Assembly (NCBI GenBank): GCA_045545475.1
Contig: JAZQAZ010000030.1
Span: 6,058-70,057, forward strand
Source: Clostridia bacterium
GTDB lineage: Bacteria > Bacillota > Clostridia > CAKSNL01 > HGM11501
Length of the DNA: 64,000 nt
Direction: 5' to 3'
Shown here: positions 9,999-18,327 of the stretch, piece by piece
Layout: each line of letters starts with the position of its first letter
How positions within the stretch are numbered: position 1 is the first letter of the stretch
The notes under the pieces: generated by a model
What the model saw: only the letters and a program-made list of their open reading frames with translations
Database searches by the model: none
Told to the model about the DNA's origin: nothing
Position numbers and translations under genes: made by a program

Positions 9999-11030
9999 GT
10001 GAAAAAATTACTTCTTCTTTTGTCATCTTTTATTTTTTTCACGCTGACGGTATTTTTCTGCTTACACGCCCCTTTAATGTCGGATTCGTTTTTTTCCGAT
10101 GCACTCAGCTTTACAGCACCGGGAGTTTCCCCGGAAATCAAGGTTTTGCCCACCATCTGTCCCGACCTTATTTATAAACAATGCATAGCTTCCGCTTCGA
10201 CCATCAAAAAAGTGTCCTCACCCAAACCTGTTGCAAAAAGCGAAAGCAAGCCTTTATCTTATATATCAGATCCCGTACCTTCAGGAATAATAGAAACCAC
10301 TATTTCGAAAGGAGGGACAAGCCTGTCGGGTGCAGAAATAAACAACGAAACAGATTACGACCTTGCAGAGGCCCTTAGGAACGTGGATATTTCCGGCTCC
10401 CCGACCGTTCTTATAGTGCACACCCATGCCTCAGAGTCATACAGACCTTCATTTACATACAACTACACCCCCACTGACAACTCACGAACCGAAGACACCG
10501 ATTTCAATGTTGTGCGTGTGGGAAAAGAGCTGGCCACATACCTTTCCTCCTACGGAATAAACGTAATCCACGACTCATCCTTAAACGATTATCCTTCATA
10601 CAACGGCTCTTATCAGAAAACGCTTAAGCTTATTGAAAGTCACCTTAAGAAAAATCCTTCCATTGATATGATAATTGACCTGCACAGAGATGCCATGGAG
10701 CGTACCGACGGAACAAAAATAAGCACCGTGTGCACCATAGAAAACGAAAAAGCCGCTCAGGTAATGCTTGTTGCAGGCACAGACCAAAGCGGACTTTCGC
10801 ACGATAACTGGAGAGACAACTTTTCCTTTGCCGTAAAACTCCAGAACATTATTAACAGTAAATTCCCTTATCTCGCACGTCCTATAAACGTAAGAAAAGA
10901 ACGCTTTAACGGACATCTTTCAAAAAAAGAACTCATAATAGAAGTGGGCACAACGGGAAATACCCTTGATGAAGCACTGGTAAGTGCCCGTGCCCTGGCC
11001 TCTTCCATAAATGAATTTTACAAAGGATAA
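9999..11030 (+). CDS. spoIIP: stage II sporulation protein P
   Basis: GTG start 7 nt after AAGGAGG; signal anchor; conserved VLIVHTHASESY and MIIDLHRD motifs of SpoIIP. Confidence 0.75.
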   Translation: MKKLLLLLSSFIFFTLTVFFCLHAPLMSDSFFSDALSFTAPGVSPEIKVLPTICPDLIYKQCIASASTIKKVSSPKPVAKSESKPLSYISDPVPSGIIETTISKGGTSLSGAEINNETDYDLAEALRNVDISGSPTVLIVHTHASESYRPSFTYNYTPTDNSRTEDTDFNVVRVGKELATYLSSYGINVIHDSSLNDYPSYNGSYQKTLKLIESHLKKNPSIDMIIDLHRDAMERTDGTKISTVCTIENEKAAQVMLVAGTDQSGLSHDNWRDNFSFAVKLQNIINSKFPYLARPINVRKERFNGHLSKKELIIEVGTTGNTLDEALVSARALASSINEFYKG

Positions 11031-11638
11031 CTTATCACAAACACAACAGAGCCTAAAAATGTAACCTTGCCCTCGGAAAGGTCAAACACTTCACTCTTCG
11101 GAAATGTGGACTCTTCTCTGATTGTAACCTTTCCTCCGTTTATAAACACACGGCGTATTTTCGCTTCCTCGCCTTCTATTCTTACCGCCGCAAGACTACC
11201 GGATTCAATCGGCGATGCAGGATTTATGAGTACCTTATCTCCCGCACCTATTTTTGCGTAGAGCATAGAATCATCCTTTGCAATTATGAAATAGCAAAGT
11301 TCCATATCCTTCCTCGAATAGTTTCCTGTAATGTAGCCTATAACCTCCATCTCTCTGATGTCTTCCTTGTCAGTTACTTTATCGGGAAATTCAGAAAATA
11401 TCGGAACCTTTGTTATAGGCTCTGACATTTCCGCTACGTCGCTTTTGCCCTTGATATAGTCCGTAGATACCGAAAGTACACGGGCAATTATTTTAAGGCT
11501 GTCATCATCCGGCAGACTGTAGTCGGTTATATACCGTTCCAAAGACATTTTTCCTATGCCGGTCTTTTCCGAAAGCTCTGTTTTTGTCATTTTACGTTCT
11601 ATCATTATTTTAAGTATTCTTTCTCCTATTGTTGCCAT
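11018..11638 (-). CDS. XRE-family HTH repressor fused to S24 (LexA/CI-type) peptidase domain
   Basis: N-terminal HTH (MTKTELSEKTGIGKMSLERY), C-terminal S24 fold (...DDSMLY...GDKVLINPAS...); start at MATIGERIL (AAAGGAGAG SD 6 nt upstream) rather than earlier ATG. Confidence 0.7.
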   Translation of the reverse strand: MATIGERILKIMIERKMTKTELSEKTGIGKMSLERYITDYSLPDDDSLKIIARVLSVSTDYIKGKSDVAEMSEPITKVPIFSEFPDKVTDKEDIREMEVIGYITGNYSRKDMELCYFIIAKDDSMLYAKIGAGDKVLINPASPIESGSLAAVRIEGEEAKIRRVFINGGKVTIREESTFPKSEVFDLSEGKVTFLGSVVFVISYPL

Positions 11639-11676
11639 ACGTGCTCTCCTTTTATAAATTCTAAACATTATACATT

Positions 11677-11716
11677 AAGGGAATATCCCTTGAAACTTAA
11701 TAAGGGATATTCCCTT
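11677..11716. promoter_or_regulatory. operator: two inverted 15-bp boxes AAGGGAATATCCCTT / AAGGGATATTCCCTT separated by 10 nt, within divergent promoter region (copy 1)
   Basis: Read directly; minus-strand TATAAT lies just upstream (11666-11671 region); identical arrangement repeated at 12263-12302. Confidence 0.6.
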
Positions 11717-11747
11717 ATGTCAGCACATCCTTAAAAAGGTGATATTT

Positions 11748-11969
11748 ATGAAACTCAGGATACGAGATTTAAGAGAAGACCACGATTTAAGTCAGAAACA
11801 AATTGCCGATATGCTTCACATTCATCAGACAACATATTCTGATTATGAACCGGGGAATTTAAATATACCGCTTTCCGTACTTTCTTCCCTGGCAGATTTC
11901 TACGAAACCAGCATTGATTACATTGCAGGACGGACAGATGAAATCAAGCCCTATCCTCCGAAAAAATAA
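11748..11969 (+). CDS. small XRE-family HTH transcriptional regulator (copy A)
   Basis: 74 aa, LSQKQIADMLHIHQTTYSDYE helix-turn-helix; ATG at 11748 with AAGGTGA SD; near-identical paralog at 12332..12553. Confidence 0.75.
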   Translation: MKLRIRDLREDHDLSQKQIADMLHIHQTTYSDYEPGNLNIPLSVLSSLADFYETSIDYIAGRTDEIKPYPPKK

Positions 11970-11979
11970 GCCAACTATA

Positions 11980-12213
11980 TCAATCCTCAAAATACAGTAA
12001 TTTATAAGGCGGAATTTCAAGAGCTTTTGCAATTTTGAATAAGGTATCAAGAGAAATAGCTTTATATATATTCGGTGCTTCGATTTGCCCTATGAAAGAT
12101 ACTCCACAATCCAAAATTTCCGCAAGCTGTTCCTGTGTTAATGATTTCAGCTTTCTGTAATAAGAGATTTTCAGTCCTATTTTTATATAATTATCCTTAA
12201 ACTCTATATTCAT
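11980..12213 (-). CDS. small XRE-family HTH transcriptional regulator
   Basis: 77 aa, LTQEQLAEILDCGVSFIGQIE HTH_3 motif; divergent from copy B of the small regulator across second operator copy. Confidence 0.65.
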   Translation of the reverse strand: MNIEFKDNYIKIGLKISYYRKLKSLTQEQLAEILDCGVSFIGQIEAPNIYKAISLDTLFKIAKALEIPPYKLLYFED

Positions 12214-12262
12214 TTAAATCTCTCCTGCACAGTGGCATTACTTGTCAGCAACATTATACATC

Positions 12263-12302
12263 AAGGGAATATCCCTTAAAACAGAATAAGGGATATTCCC
12301 TT
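12263..12302. promoter_or_regulatory. operator copy 2 (same two inverted 15-bp boxes, 10-nt spacer)
   Basis: AAGGGAATATCCCTT aaaacagaat AAGGGATATTCCCTT read directly. Confidence 0.6.
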
Positions 12303-12331
12303 ATGTTAAGATATTTACGGAGGCGATGTTT

Positions 12332-12553
12332 ATGAAACTCAGAATAAAAGACCTTCGTGAAGACCACGATTTAAGTCAGAAACAAATTGCAGATATGCTT
12401 CATATACACCAGACAACGTATTCCGATTATGAGCTCGGAAAACTTAATATTCCTTTATCCGTACTTTGCACTCTGGCAGATTTTTATAAAACCAGCATCG
12501 ACTATATCGCAGGTCGCACCGACGAAATCAAGCCCTATCCGCCGAAAAAATAA
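12332..12553 (+). CDS. small XRE-family HTH transcriptional regulator (copy B)
   Basis: 73 aa, differs from copy A at about 6 positions; ATG 8 nt after ACGGAGG. Confidence 0.75.
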   Translation: MKLRIKDLREDHDLSQKQIADMLHIHQTTYSDYELGKLNIPLSVLCTLADFYKTSIDYIAGRTDEIKPYPPKK

Positions 12554-12586
12554 CACCGCACAGTGTGCGGTGTTATTTTTTATTTT
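12552..12586. terminator. bidirectional rho-independent terminator
   Basis: Hairpin AACACCGCACAGTGTGCGGTGTT followed by TTTTTTATTTT; flanked by A-run on other side. Confidence 0.7.
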
Positions 12587-14097
12587 GTTGTAACTTCAAT
12601 AATTCCGTTATTATTTGCTACCTTTGCACCGTTACCGAAAAGAAGATTGAAAATATCTTCTCCAACATAGGTCAAATCGTTTACGATTACAGGCAAAACG
12701 CTTGCTTCTCTTGCCATTGTCAAAGCTTCGCCTATTTTAACAAGATGAACCGCCTCACCTTTCTTAAGCTCGATGCTTCGCTCTTCATTGTTCCATGTTA
12801 CCTCATAACCAAGACCTTCAGCAAGTGCTCTTAAGGGATATTTTGCTTCATTTTCTCCGAAGTTAAAAGAAACGCCGAATTCTTCTCCGTTAACAACTAT
12901 TGAGGAAACATCTGTCTTTACAGGGGCAAGATTTAATACCGCTATTTTTTCTGCAGGAACATGAGCAGGAAGGCTCATACCAACCGAAGATGCGAATACC
13001 ACGATTTCAGAACCCTCTGTAATGTCGGAAGCTTTAAGAATCATTCTGATTTTGTGTGCGATAACGGGAGTTGCCTCCTCATACACAATGCGGTTTGCGC
13101 CGTCGGCAGACATTATTACTCCGTTTTCATTTGAGTCAACAACTGCATAGATAGGTGCAGAAATGGAATTTTCGGTGTTTACGAAAATATAGTATGCAGC
13201 AGCTTGCGGAGGAAGGCTCATTGTTGTTGCACTTCCGGCAACAACAGTAATAGTATCCCCTACTTTTAATTCCACAGGATTTAAGTTATAGTCGCAAATG
13301 TAGGTTTCTTCTGCAATATTAAACTGTTCGTTTCCGTCATTAATCTGAATGTAGCCTTCTCCGATTTCAGAAATTATTCCGCTTACGGTTACCTTTTCAG
13401 GCATTGTTTCAACGACTTCTGCAGGCTCATTCGCTTCCGCAAGTGTAAGCACTGCAATTTTCTCTGCAGGAACATGTGCAGGCTCACTCGCTCCTATGGT
13501 TGTTGCAAACACTAAGATTTCAGAGCCGGGTGTAATATCACCACCTTTTAATATAATTCTGATTCTGTGTGCAGTAACTTCTGTTTTTTCATTATATACT
13601 ATGCTGTATGCTCCGTCAGCAGACATTATTACCCCGTCTGTGTTGGTGTCAACAATTGCATAGAGAGGTGCCGCCTGTGTATTTTCTGTATTTACTAAAA
13701 TGTTGTATGCCGCAACCTGGGGAGGAAGACTTCTTGTCATCATGCTGGATGCAAGAACACTTACAGAATCACCTTTCTTTATTTCCACAGGATTTAAGCT
13801 GTAGTCGGAAACATAAGTCTCGGGTGCTATGTTGATTCTAAGATTTCCGTCATTTAAGAGTATGTATTCTTCCGTAACTTCCGATACCACACCGTGGTGC
13901 ATTTCTTTTTCGGGAATTTCTGCTTTCACTTCTTCATCACCTTCTATGGGCATCTGAGCATAAGGATCGTCAATATCATCTATGAGCATAGTATCATAAT
14001 TTGCTCCAACCTCTCCGGTCGCCTCTGTGTTTGCACTTACGGTAAATACTCCGATTACCATAAGCATTGCCAATACGGCACTTAAAAATTTCTTCAT
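12580..14097 (-). CDS. secreted protein with two ~175-aa tandem repeats and C-terminal copper-amine-oxidase N-terminal-like (stalk) domain
   Basis: Signal peptide MKKFLSAVLAMLMVIGVFTVSA; internal duplication (…SLPPQVAAYNILVNTEN… / …SLPPQAAAYYIFVNTEN…); C-terminus YPLRALAEGLGYEVTWNNEERSIEL resembles Cu_amine_oxidN1-type domain. Confidence 0.55.
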   Translation of the reverse strand: MKKFLSAVLAMLMVIGVFTVSANTEATGEVGANYDTMLIDDIDDPYAQMPIEGDEEVKAEIPEKEMHHGVVSEVTEEYILLNDGNLRINIAPETYVSDYSLNPVEIKKGDSVSVLASSMMTRSLPPQVAAYNILVNTENTQAAPLYAIVDTNTDGVIMSADGAYSIVYNEKTEVTAHRIRIILKGGDITPGSEILVFATTIGASEPAHVPAEKIAVLTLAEANEPAEVVETMPEKVTVSGIISEIGEGYIQINDGNEQFNIAEETYICDYNLNPVELKVGDTITVVAGSATTMSLPPQAAAYYIFVNTENSISAPIYAVVDSNENGVIMSADGANRIVYEEATPVIAHKIRMILKASDITEGSEIVVFASSVGMSLPAHVPAEKIAVLNLAPVKTDVSSIVVNGEEFGVSFNFGENEAKYPLRALAEGLGYEVTWNNEERSIELKKGEAVHLVKIGEALTMAREASVLPVIVNDLTYVGEDIFNLLFGNGAKVANNNGIIEVTTK

Positions 14098-14317
14098 GTT
14101 TAATTCTCCTTTATATTGGTTTTCAATTTTAGTTTTAAGCCTTGGGGAGTCCGGACCCGCCAGGCTTAAGAGCCCTTTCTGTACATAATACAGTTTAAGA
14201 TACGAAAAGGTTGCAAAAAAATAAAAAATATTTTCTCTTCATTATATACATTAGCATTTATCTTGCATTTTTTCAATACCCGTGTGGTTAAATGCATAAT
14301 TTTTCTTTAATACCCCC

Positions 14318-14347
14318 TTGACATATCCGTTTTACAGGGTTATAATA
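14318..14347 (+). promoter_or_regulatory. sigma-A-type promoter of argF (TTGACA-18-TATAAT)
   Basis: cTTGACAtatccgttttacagggtTATAATat read directly. Confidence 0.5.
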
Positions 14348-14365
14348 TACAAATATACAAGTCAT

Positions 14366-14383
14366 TTTGCATATTTATGCAGA
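14366..14383 (+). promoter_or_regulatory. putative ARG box (ArgR/AhrC operator)
   Basis: tTTGCATATTTATGCAg is an ARG-box-like palindrome (TGCAT-W4-ATGCA) between -10 and argF RBS. Confidence 0.4.
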
Positions 14384-14397
14384 AAAGGAGAGTAAAC

Positions 14398-15390
14398 ATG
14401 AGTGAAATAAACTTAAAAGGCAAAAGCTTTTTAAAGCTTCTTGATTTTTCGGCAGAGGAAATTTCTTATCTCATAGATTTGGCTGCTGACCTTAAGGCAA
14501 AGAAAAAGGCGGGCATTCCCCACAAGCTGTGCGAAGGAAAAAATATTGCCCTTATATTTGAAAAGACCAGCACAAGAACACGTTGTGCCTTCGAGGTTGC
14601 CGCAAGTGACCTCGGCATGGCATCCACTTATCTGGATCCCACAGGTTCACAGATAGGAAAAAAGGAAAGTCTTCCCGATACCGCAAGGGTACTTGGCAGA
14701 ATGTATGACGGTATCGAATACCGCGGTTATGGCCAGGAAATCGTTCAGTCTCTTTCCGATTATGCAGGTGTTCCGGTGTGGAACGGTCTTACAAACGAAT
14801 TCCATCCCACCCAGATTTTAGCTGACTTTTTAACCATAAAGGAGCATTTTGGCTCTCTTTCCGGAAAAAAGCTGGTTTATATGGGTGATGCACGCTATAA
14901 CATGGGAAATTCATTAATGGTTGGATGTGCAAAAATGGGCATGCACTTTGTTGCCTGCACCAATAAAAAATATTTCCCCGATGAATCTTTGGTTGAAACC
15001 TGCAAAAAAATTGCAGTAGAATCCGGCGCTGTCCTTGAGTTTATTGAGAATCCTATAGAAGCCACAAAAAACGCCGATGTAATATACACAGATGTGTGGG
15101 TTTCCATGGGCGAGCCAGCAGAGGTATGGAAGGAAAGAATTGAAGACCTTTCCCCCTACAGCGTTACAAAGGAAATTATGGATAATGCAGGCAGTAAGTG
15201 CCGCTTTATGCACTGCCTCCCCGCTTTCCACGATTTAAATACTGTAATCGGCAAGGAAATTTATGAAAAGTTCGGTCTTACTTCAATGGAAGTAACCGAT
15301 GAAGTATTTGAAAGCGAAGCTTCCATTGTGTTTGACGAGGCAGAAAACAGAATGCATACCATAAAGGCAGTAATGGCAGCCACATTGTGA
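14398..15390 (+). CDS. argF: ornithine carbamoyltransferase
   Basis: STRTR carbamoyl-phosphate motif, HCLP motif, 330 aa; start at MSEINL (SD AAAGGAGAG) rather than upstream ATG. Confidence 0.9.
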   Translation: MSEINLKGKSFLKLLDFSAEEISYLIDLAADLKAKKKAGIPHKLCEGKNIALIFEKTSTRTRCAFEVAASDLGMASTYLDPTGSQIGKKESLPDTARVLGRMYDGIEYRGYGQEIVQSLSDYAGVPVWNGLTNEFHPTQILADFLTIKEHFGSLSGKKLVYMGDARYNMGNSLMVGCAKMGMHFVACTNKKYFPDESLVETCKKIAVESGAVLEFIENPIEATKNADVIYTDVWVSMGEPAEVWKERIEDLSPYSVTKEIMDNAGSKCRFMHCLPAFHDLNTVIGKEIYEKFGLTSMEVTDEVFESEASIVFDEAENRMHTIKAVMAATL

Positions 15391-15407
15391 GAGAATGTTA
15401 AAACAAC

Positions 15408-15438
15408 AAAAATGACCGCATTGCGGTCATTTTTTATT
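15408..15438 (+). terminator. rho-independent terminator after argF
   Basis: AATGACCGCATTGCGGTCATT + TTTTTATTT. Confidence 0.7.
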
Positions 15439-15512
15439 TACATATATTTCACAATAACTTGCTTGACTTTCCCTCTTTAATATATTATCATTAAAGTATA
15501 GAGGTGATTTAA

Positions 15513-16208
15513 TTGCAAAGTTCAAAAGATTTCACTCATTTGCAGGAGGTAATACTTTCCTTTTTCCAGAAAACGCCCCCGGCTGAAAAGCTGAGAGAAT
15601 ATGTTGCCGGCTACAACAAGCTGATGGCATATTACAAATGTGCAATGATGGAAATTGAAACAAAATTAAATGTATTAAATGAACAGTTTTCCCTTCAGTA
15701 TGACAGAAATCCCATTAACAGCATAAAAACAAGGCTTAAAAGCCCCGACAGTATCAAAAATAAATTAACCGGAAGAAATCTTCCTGTCACTCTTACCTCC
15801 ATCGAGGAAAACCTTCACGACGTGGCAGGTGTAAGAGTTGTATGTACCTTTCCCCAGGATGTTTATACCATTAAAAATGCACTCCTGGCTCAGGACGATA
15901 TAACCCTTTTAGAAGAAAAGGACTATATCAAAAATCCCAAGCCCAACGGCTACAGAAGCCTTCATTTAATTATATCAGTCCCGATATTCCTGCTTCATGA
16001 AAAAAGATTTATGAAGGTGGAAATTCAGCTTCGTACCATAGCAATGGATTCCTGGGCTTCCTTGGAACATCAGCTTAAGTATAAAAAAGATGTGGAATTC
16101 ACCGAGGAAATGTCACAAAATCTTCTCCTCTGTGCCCAGATGAGTGCCGAGCTTGATGCAAGAATGGATTTCTTGCGTAACTGTGTCGGCGAAAAAGAAA
16201 ACATATAA
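15513..16208 (+). CDS. relQ: GTP pyrophosphokinase, small alarmone synthetase (RelQ/YjbM family)
   Basis: TTG start after GAGGTGA; synthetase motifs DVAGVRVVC and YRSLHLII; 231 aa single-domain. Confidence 0.75.
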   Translation: MQSSKDFTHLQEVILSFFQKTPPAEKLREYVAGYNKLMAYYKCAMMEIETKLNVLNEQFSLQYDRNPINSIKTRLKSPDSIKNKLTGRNLPVTLTSIEENLHDVAGVRVVCTFPQDVYTIKNALLAQDDITLLEEKDYIKNPKPNGYRSLHLIISVPIFLLHEKRFMKVEIQLRTIAMDSWASLEHQLKYKKDVEFTEEMSQNLLLCAQMSAELDARMDFLRNCVGEKENI

Positions 16209-16210
16209 AA

Positions 16211-16246
16211 AGTTCTCTGCGGATTTTGCCGCAGAGAACTTTTTTC
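16211..16246. terminator. terminator hairpin after relQ (12-bp stem AGTTCTCTGCGG/CCGCAGAGAACT)
   Basis: Perfect 12-bp stem, loop ATTTTG, then TTTTTT. Confidence 0.7.
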
Positions 16247-16871
16247 TATTCGATAAATCGGAATCTCAGGCTTTTGCATTTCAACACCTCTGCAAATTTT
16301 GATTTATCGCCCTATTCTTCGATGTATAATTCGTCGCAGTACCAACGTGTCGGGTTTTCTTGAATGTATTTTACGATTTCATCATAATCTTCGCGGCTGC
16401 GAATTACATGCTCATAAAAAGATGTCTGGAATAATTTTTCTGCCATTCCAACCTTTTTGCATTCTCTCGTTGTCAGCGATTTATACGCACAAATCGCATC
16501 CATAATCGTAGGGCGGGGGCTTGCTCCCGCCGCATCTCCATCTAAAACCAAAATAATGTGAATGTGATTTGGCATAATTACATATCTGTCAACCGAAAGA
16601 CAAGGATAGCGGTCTTTAAGTAATAATAATTGCTCCTCCGCAATCTTTCCAAACGCAGTATACTCGATTCCGTCTGTTTCGGCGGGAGCAAGCCCCCGCC
16701 CTACAATGCGAGATAATGCACACCGTCTGTTTTGCGTACATATCGTTACAAAATATGCACCTGGAGAGCTATAATCATAATGATCAAGTCGCGGATGCTT
16801 CCTTTCAGGCAATTCTTTTTTGTTACACATTTTCATCACTCTTCCCATTATGCCGCAAATCGGCAGAGAAA
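16246..16871 (-). mobile_element. minimal IS200/IS605-family element (tnpA only)
   Basis: ~625 bp segment bounded by 17-nt direct repeat GCCGCAGAGAACTTTTT (16228-16245 and 16872-16888) carrying an HUH Y1 transposase gene and subterminal inverted repeats (CGATAAATCG at 16252 / CGATTTATCG at 16303). Confidence 0.5.
16312..16848 (-). CDS. tnpA: IS200-like / REP-associated Y1 (HUH) tyrosine transposase
   Basis: HUH motif IMPNHIHIIL, conserved YFVTICT, about 170 aa. Confidence 0.75.
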   Translation of the reverse strand: MGRVMKMCNKKELPERKHPRLDHYDYSSPGAYFVTICTQNRRCALSRIVGRGLAPAETDGIEYTAFGKIAEEQLLLLKDRYPCLSVDRYVIMPNHIHIILVLDGDAAGASPRPTIMDAICAYKSLTTRECKKVGMAEKLFQTSFYEHVIRSREDYDEIVKYIQENPTRWYCDELYIEE

Positions 16872-16887
16872 GCCGCAGAGAACTTTT

Positions 16888-17523
16888 TCATTTTATAGGT
16901 TCAAAATCCGCTGCTCCGTGCTTGCATAAGGGGCAGACAAAATCTTCCGGAAGAGTCTCTCCCTCATAGACATAACCGCAGATTTTGCAGACAAAGCCTT
17001 TTTTCTTCGCCTCAGGCTTCGGCTTCACATTGGCATGATAATAGGCATAAGTCATTGATGGCTCATCTGAAATAACGTGAGCTTCCGTCACCGAACAGAT
17101 GAAAAGACCATGTGAGCCCATATCGGAAAAATCGTCCACAGAAAGGGAAATAACGGAATTAATGTTATCCCTTAAACACATAAGGCCGTTTTTTGTTCTC
17201 CAGGCATCAATATCAGAAAACTTGTCGGCATCCTTACCGCTCTGAAATCCGAAGTTTTTAATAAGGGAAAACGGTGCACTTTCAGTAAGACAGCAGACAT
17301 TCATTTTTCCCGTTTCTTTTATTGTGGCATAAGAATAATTTGCCTTGTTGATTGACACGGCAATTTTCAACGGCTTTTCAGCAACCTGTGTTACAGTATT
17401 AACAATAAGTCCGTTATCCTTTTTACCGTCATTTGTGGTTATCACGTATAATCCGTAACCTATTTTGAAAAGGGCGGTATTATCAATGGACTCTATCATA
17501 TTAACATTCATTTCCATATTCAT
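16888..17523 (-). CDS. high-molecular-weight rubredoxin (flavin-reductase-like domain + C-terminal rubredoxin)
   Basis: N-terminal flavin-reductase-like fold; C-terminal CKICGYVYEG...CPLCKHG rubredoxin CxxC pairs. Confidence 0.65.
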   Translation of the reverse strand: MNMEMNVNMIESIDNTALFKIGYGLYVITTNDGKKDNGLIVNTVTQVAEKPLKIAVSINKANYSYATIKETGKMNVCCLTESAPFSLIKNFGFQSGKDADKFSDIDAWRTKNGLMCLRDNINSVISLSVDDFSDMGSHGLFICSVTEAHVISDEPSMTYAYYHANVKPKPEAKKKGFVCKICGYVYEGETLPEDFVCPLCKHGAADFEPIK

Positions 17524-18315
17524 TCACCTCGTAAGTTCGTCGGTTATAGCCCTGATATTTTCATAGATAAATTCAGGCTTGATTTCGCTTTCTTCAACAT
17601 CCTTCATTGTACCTTCGCCGCTTAAAACAAATACGGTGGAAATTCCCGCCGCAACGCCGCAGGCAATGTCGGTATAAAGTCTGTCGCCGAAAAGGGCTGT
17701 TTCTTCCTTGCCGTAGCCTGTCTTCTCCATAGCCAAAAGTGCCATTGTAGGCTCGGGCTTACCGATAAAGATGGGGCTTCTTCCCGTTGCCTTATTAAGC
17801 ATCCAGCTAACCGAGCCGCAGTCGGGCACATAACCGTACCATGTTGGGCAAACCCAGTCGGGATTGGTGGCGATATAGTCAACGCCTCTATTTAACAATA
17901 TGCAGGCGTCCTCCAGTTTCTGAAAGGCAAGCTCTGTATCAAATCCCATACAAAGGCAGTCAATGCCATCTTCAAGCTTGTCTGTTATGGGAAGTCCTGC
18001 CGTGCGGAGCTGTTCCTTAAAAGAAGTTGTTCCGAAGGCGTAAATCTTTTTGTAAGTCTTCTTTTTAAGATATAAAATTGTGGCATCGGTGGAGGTTAAA
18101 AAGTCATCAGCCGTTGCAGTTATTCCAAGTGACGCCAGCTTCTCTATATATTTATCCACACTTTTTGAAGAATTATTAGTAAGAAAAATATATCTTCCGC
18201 CAATTTTCTTTACATATGAAAGAAAATCCAGCGTTCCGTCAAAAAGATCGTTATCAAGATAAATCGTTCCGTCCATATCAAGAAGGAAAAGTTTTTTGTT
18301 TTTAAGTGTTCCCAT
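17524..18315 (-). CDS. HAD-IIA family hydrolase (NagD-like)
   Basis: LFLLDMDGTIY motif I, 263 aa. Confidence 0.7.
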   Translation of the reverse strand: MGTLKNKKLFLLDMDGTIYLDNDLFDGTLDFLSYVKKIGGRYIFLTNNSSKSVDKYIEKLASLGITATADDFLTSTDATILYLKKKTYKKIYAFGTTSFKEQLRTAGLPITDKLEDGIDCLCMGFDTELAFQKLEDACILLNRGVDYIATNPDWVCPTWYGYVPDCGSVSWMLNKATGRSPIFIGKPEPTMALLAMEKTGYGKEETALFGDRLYTDIACGVAAGISTVFVLSGEGTMKDVEESEIKPEFIYENIRAITDELTR

Positions 18316-18327
18316 AGTGTTTCTCCT

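Noticed and set aside
11739-11747. upstream GTG/ATG extension (MIF...) of the small XRE genes, and MFRIYKRRAR extension of the S24 repressor
   Set aside because: The SD sequences sit inside these extensions; downstream ATGs have proper SD spacing.
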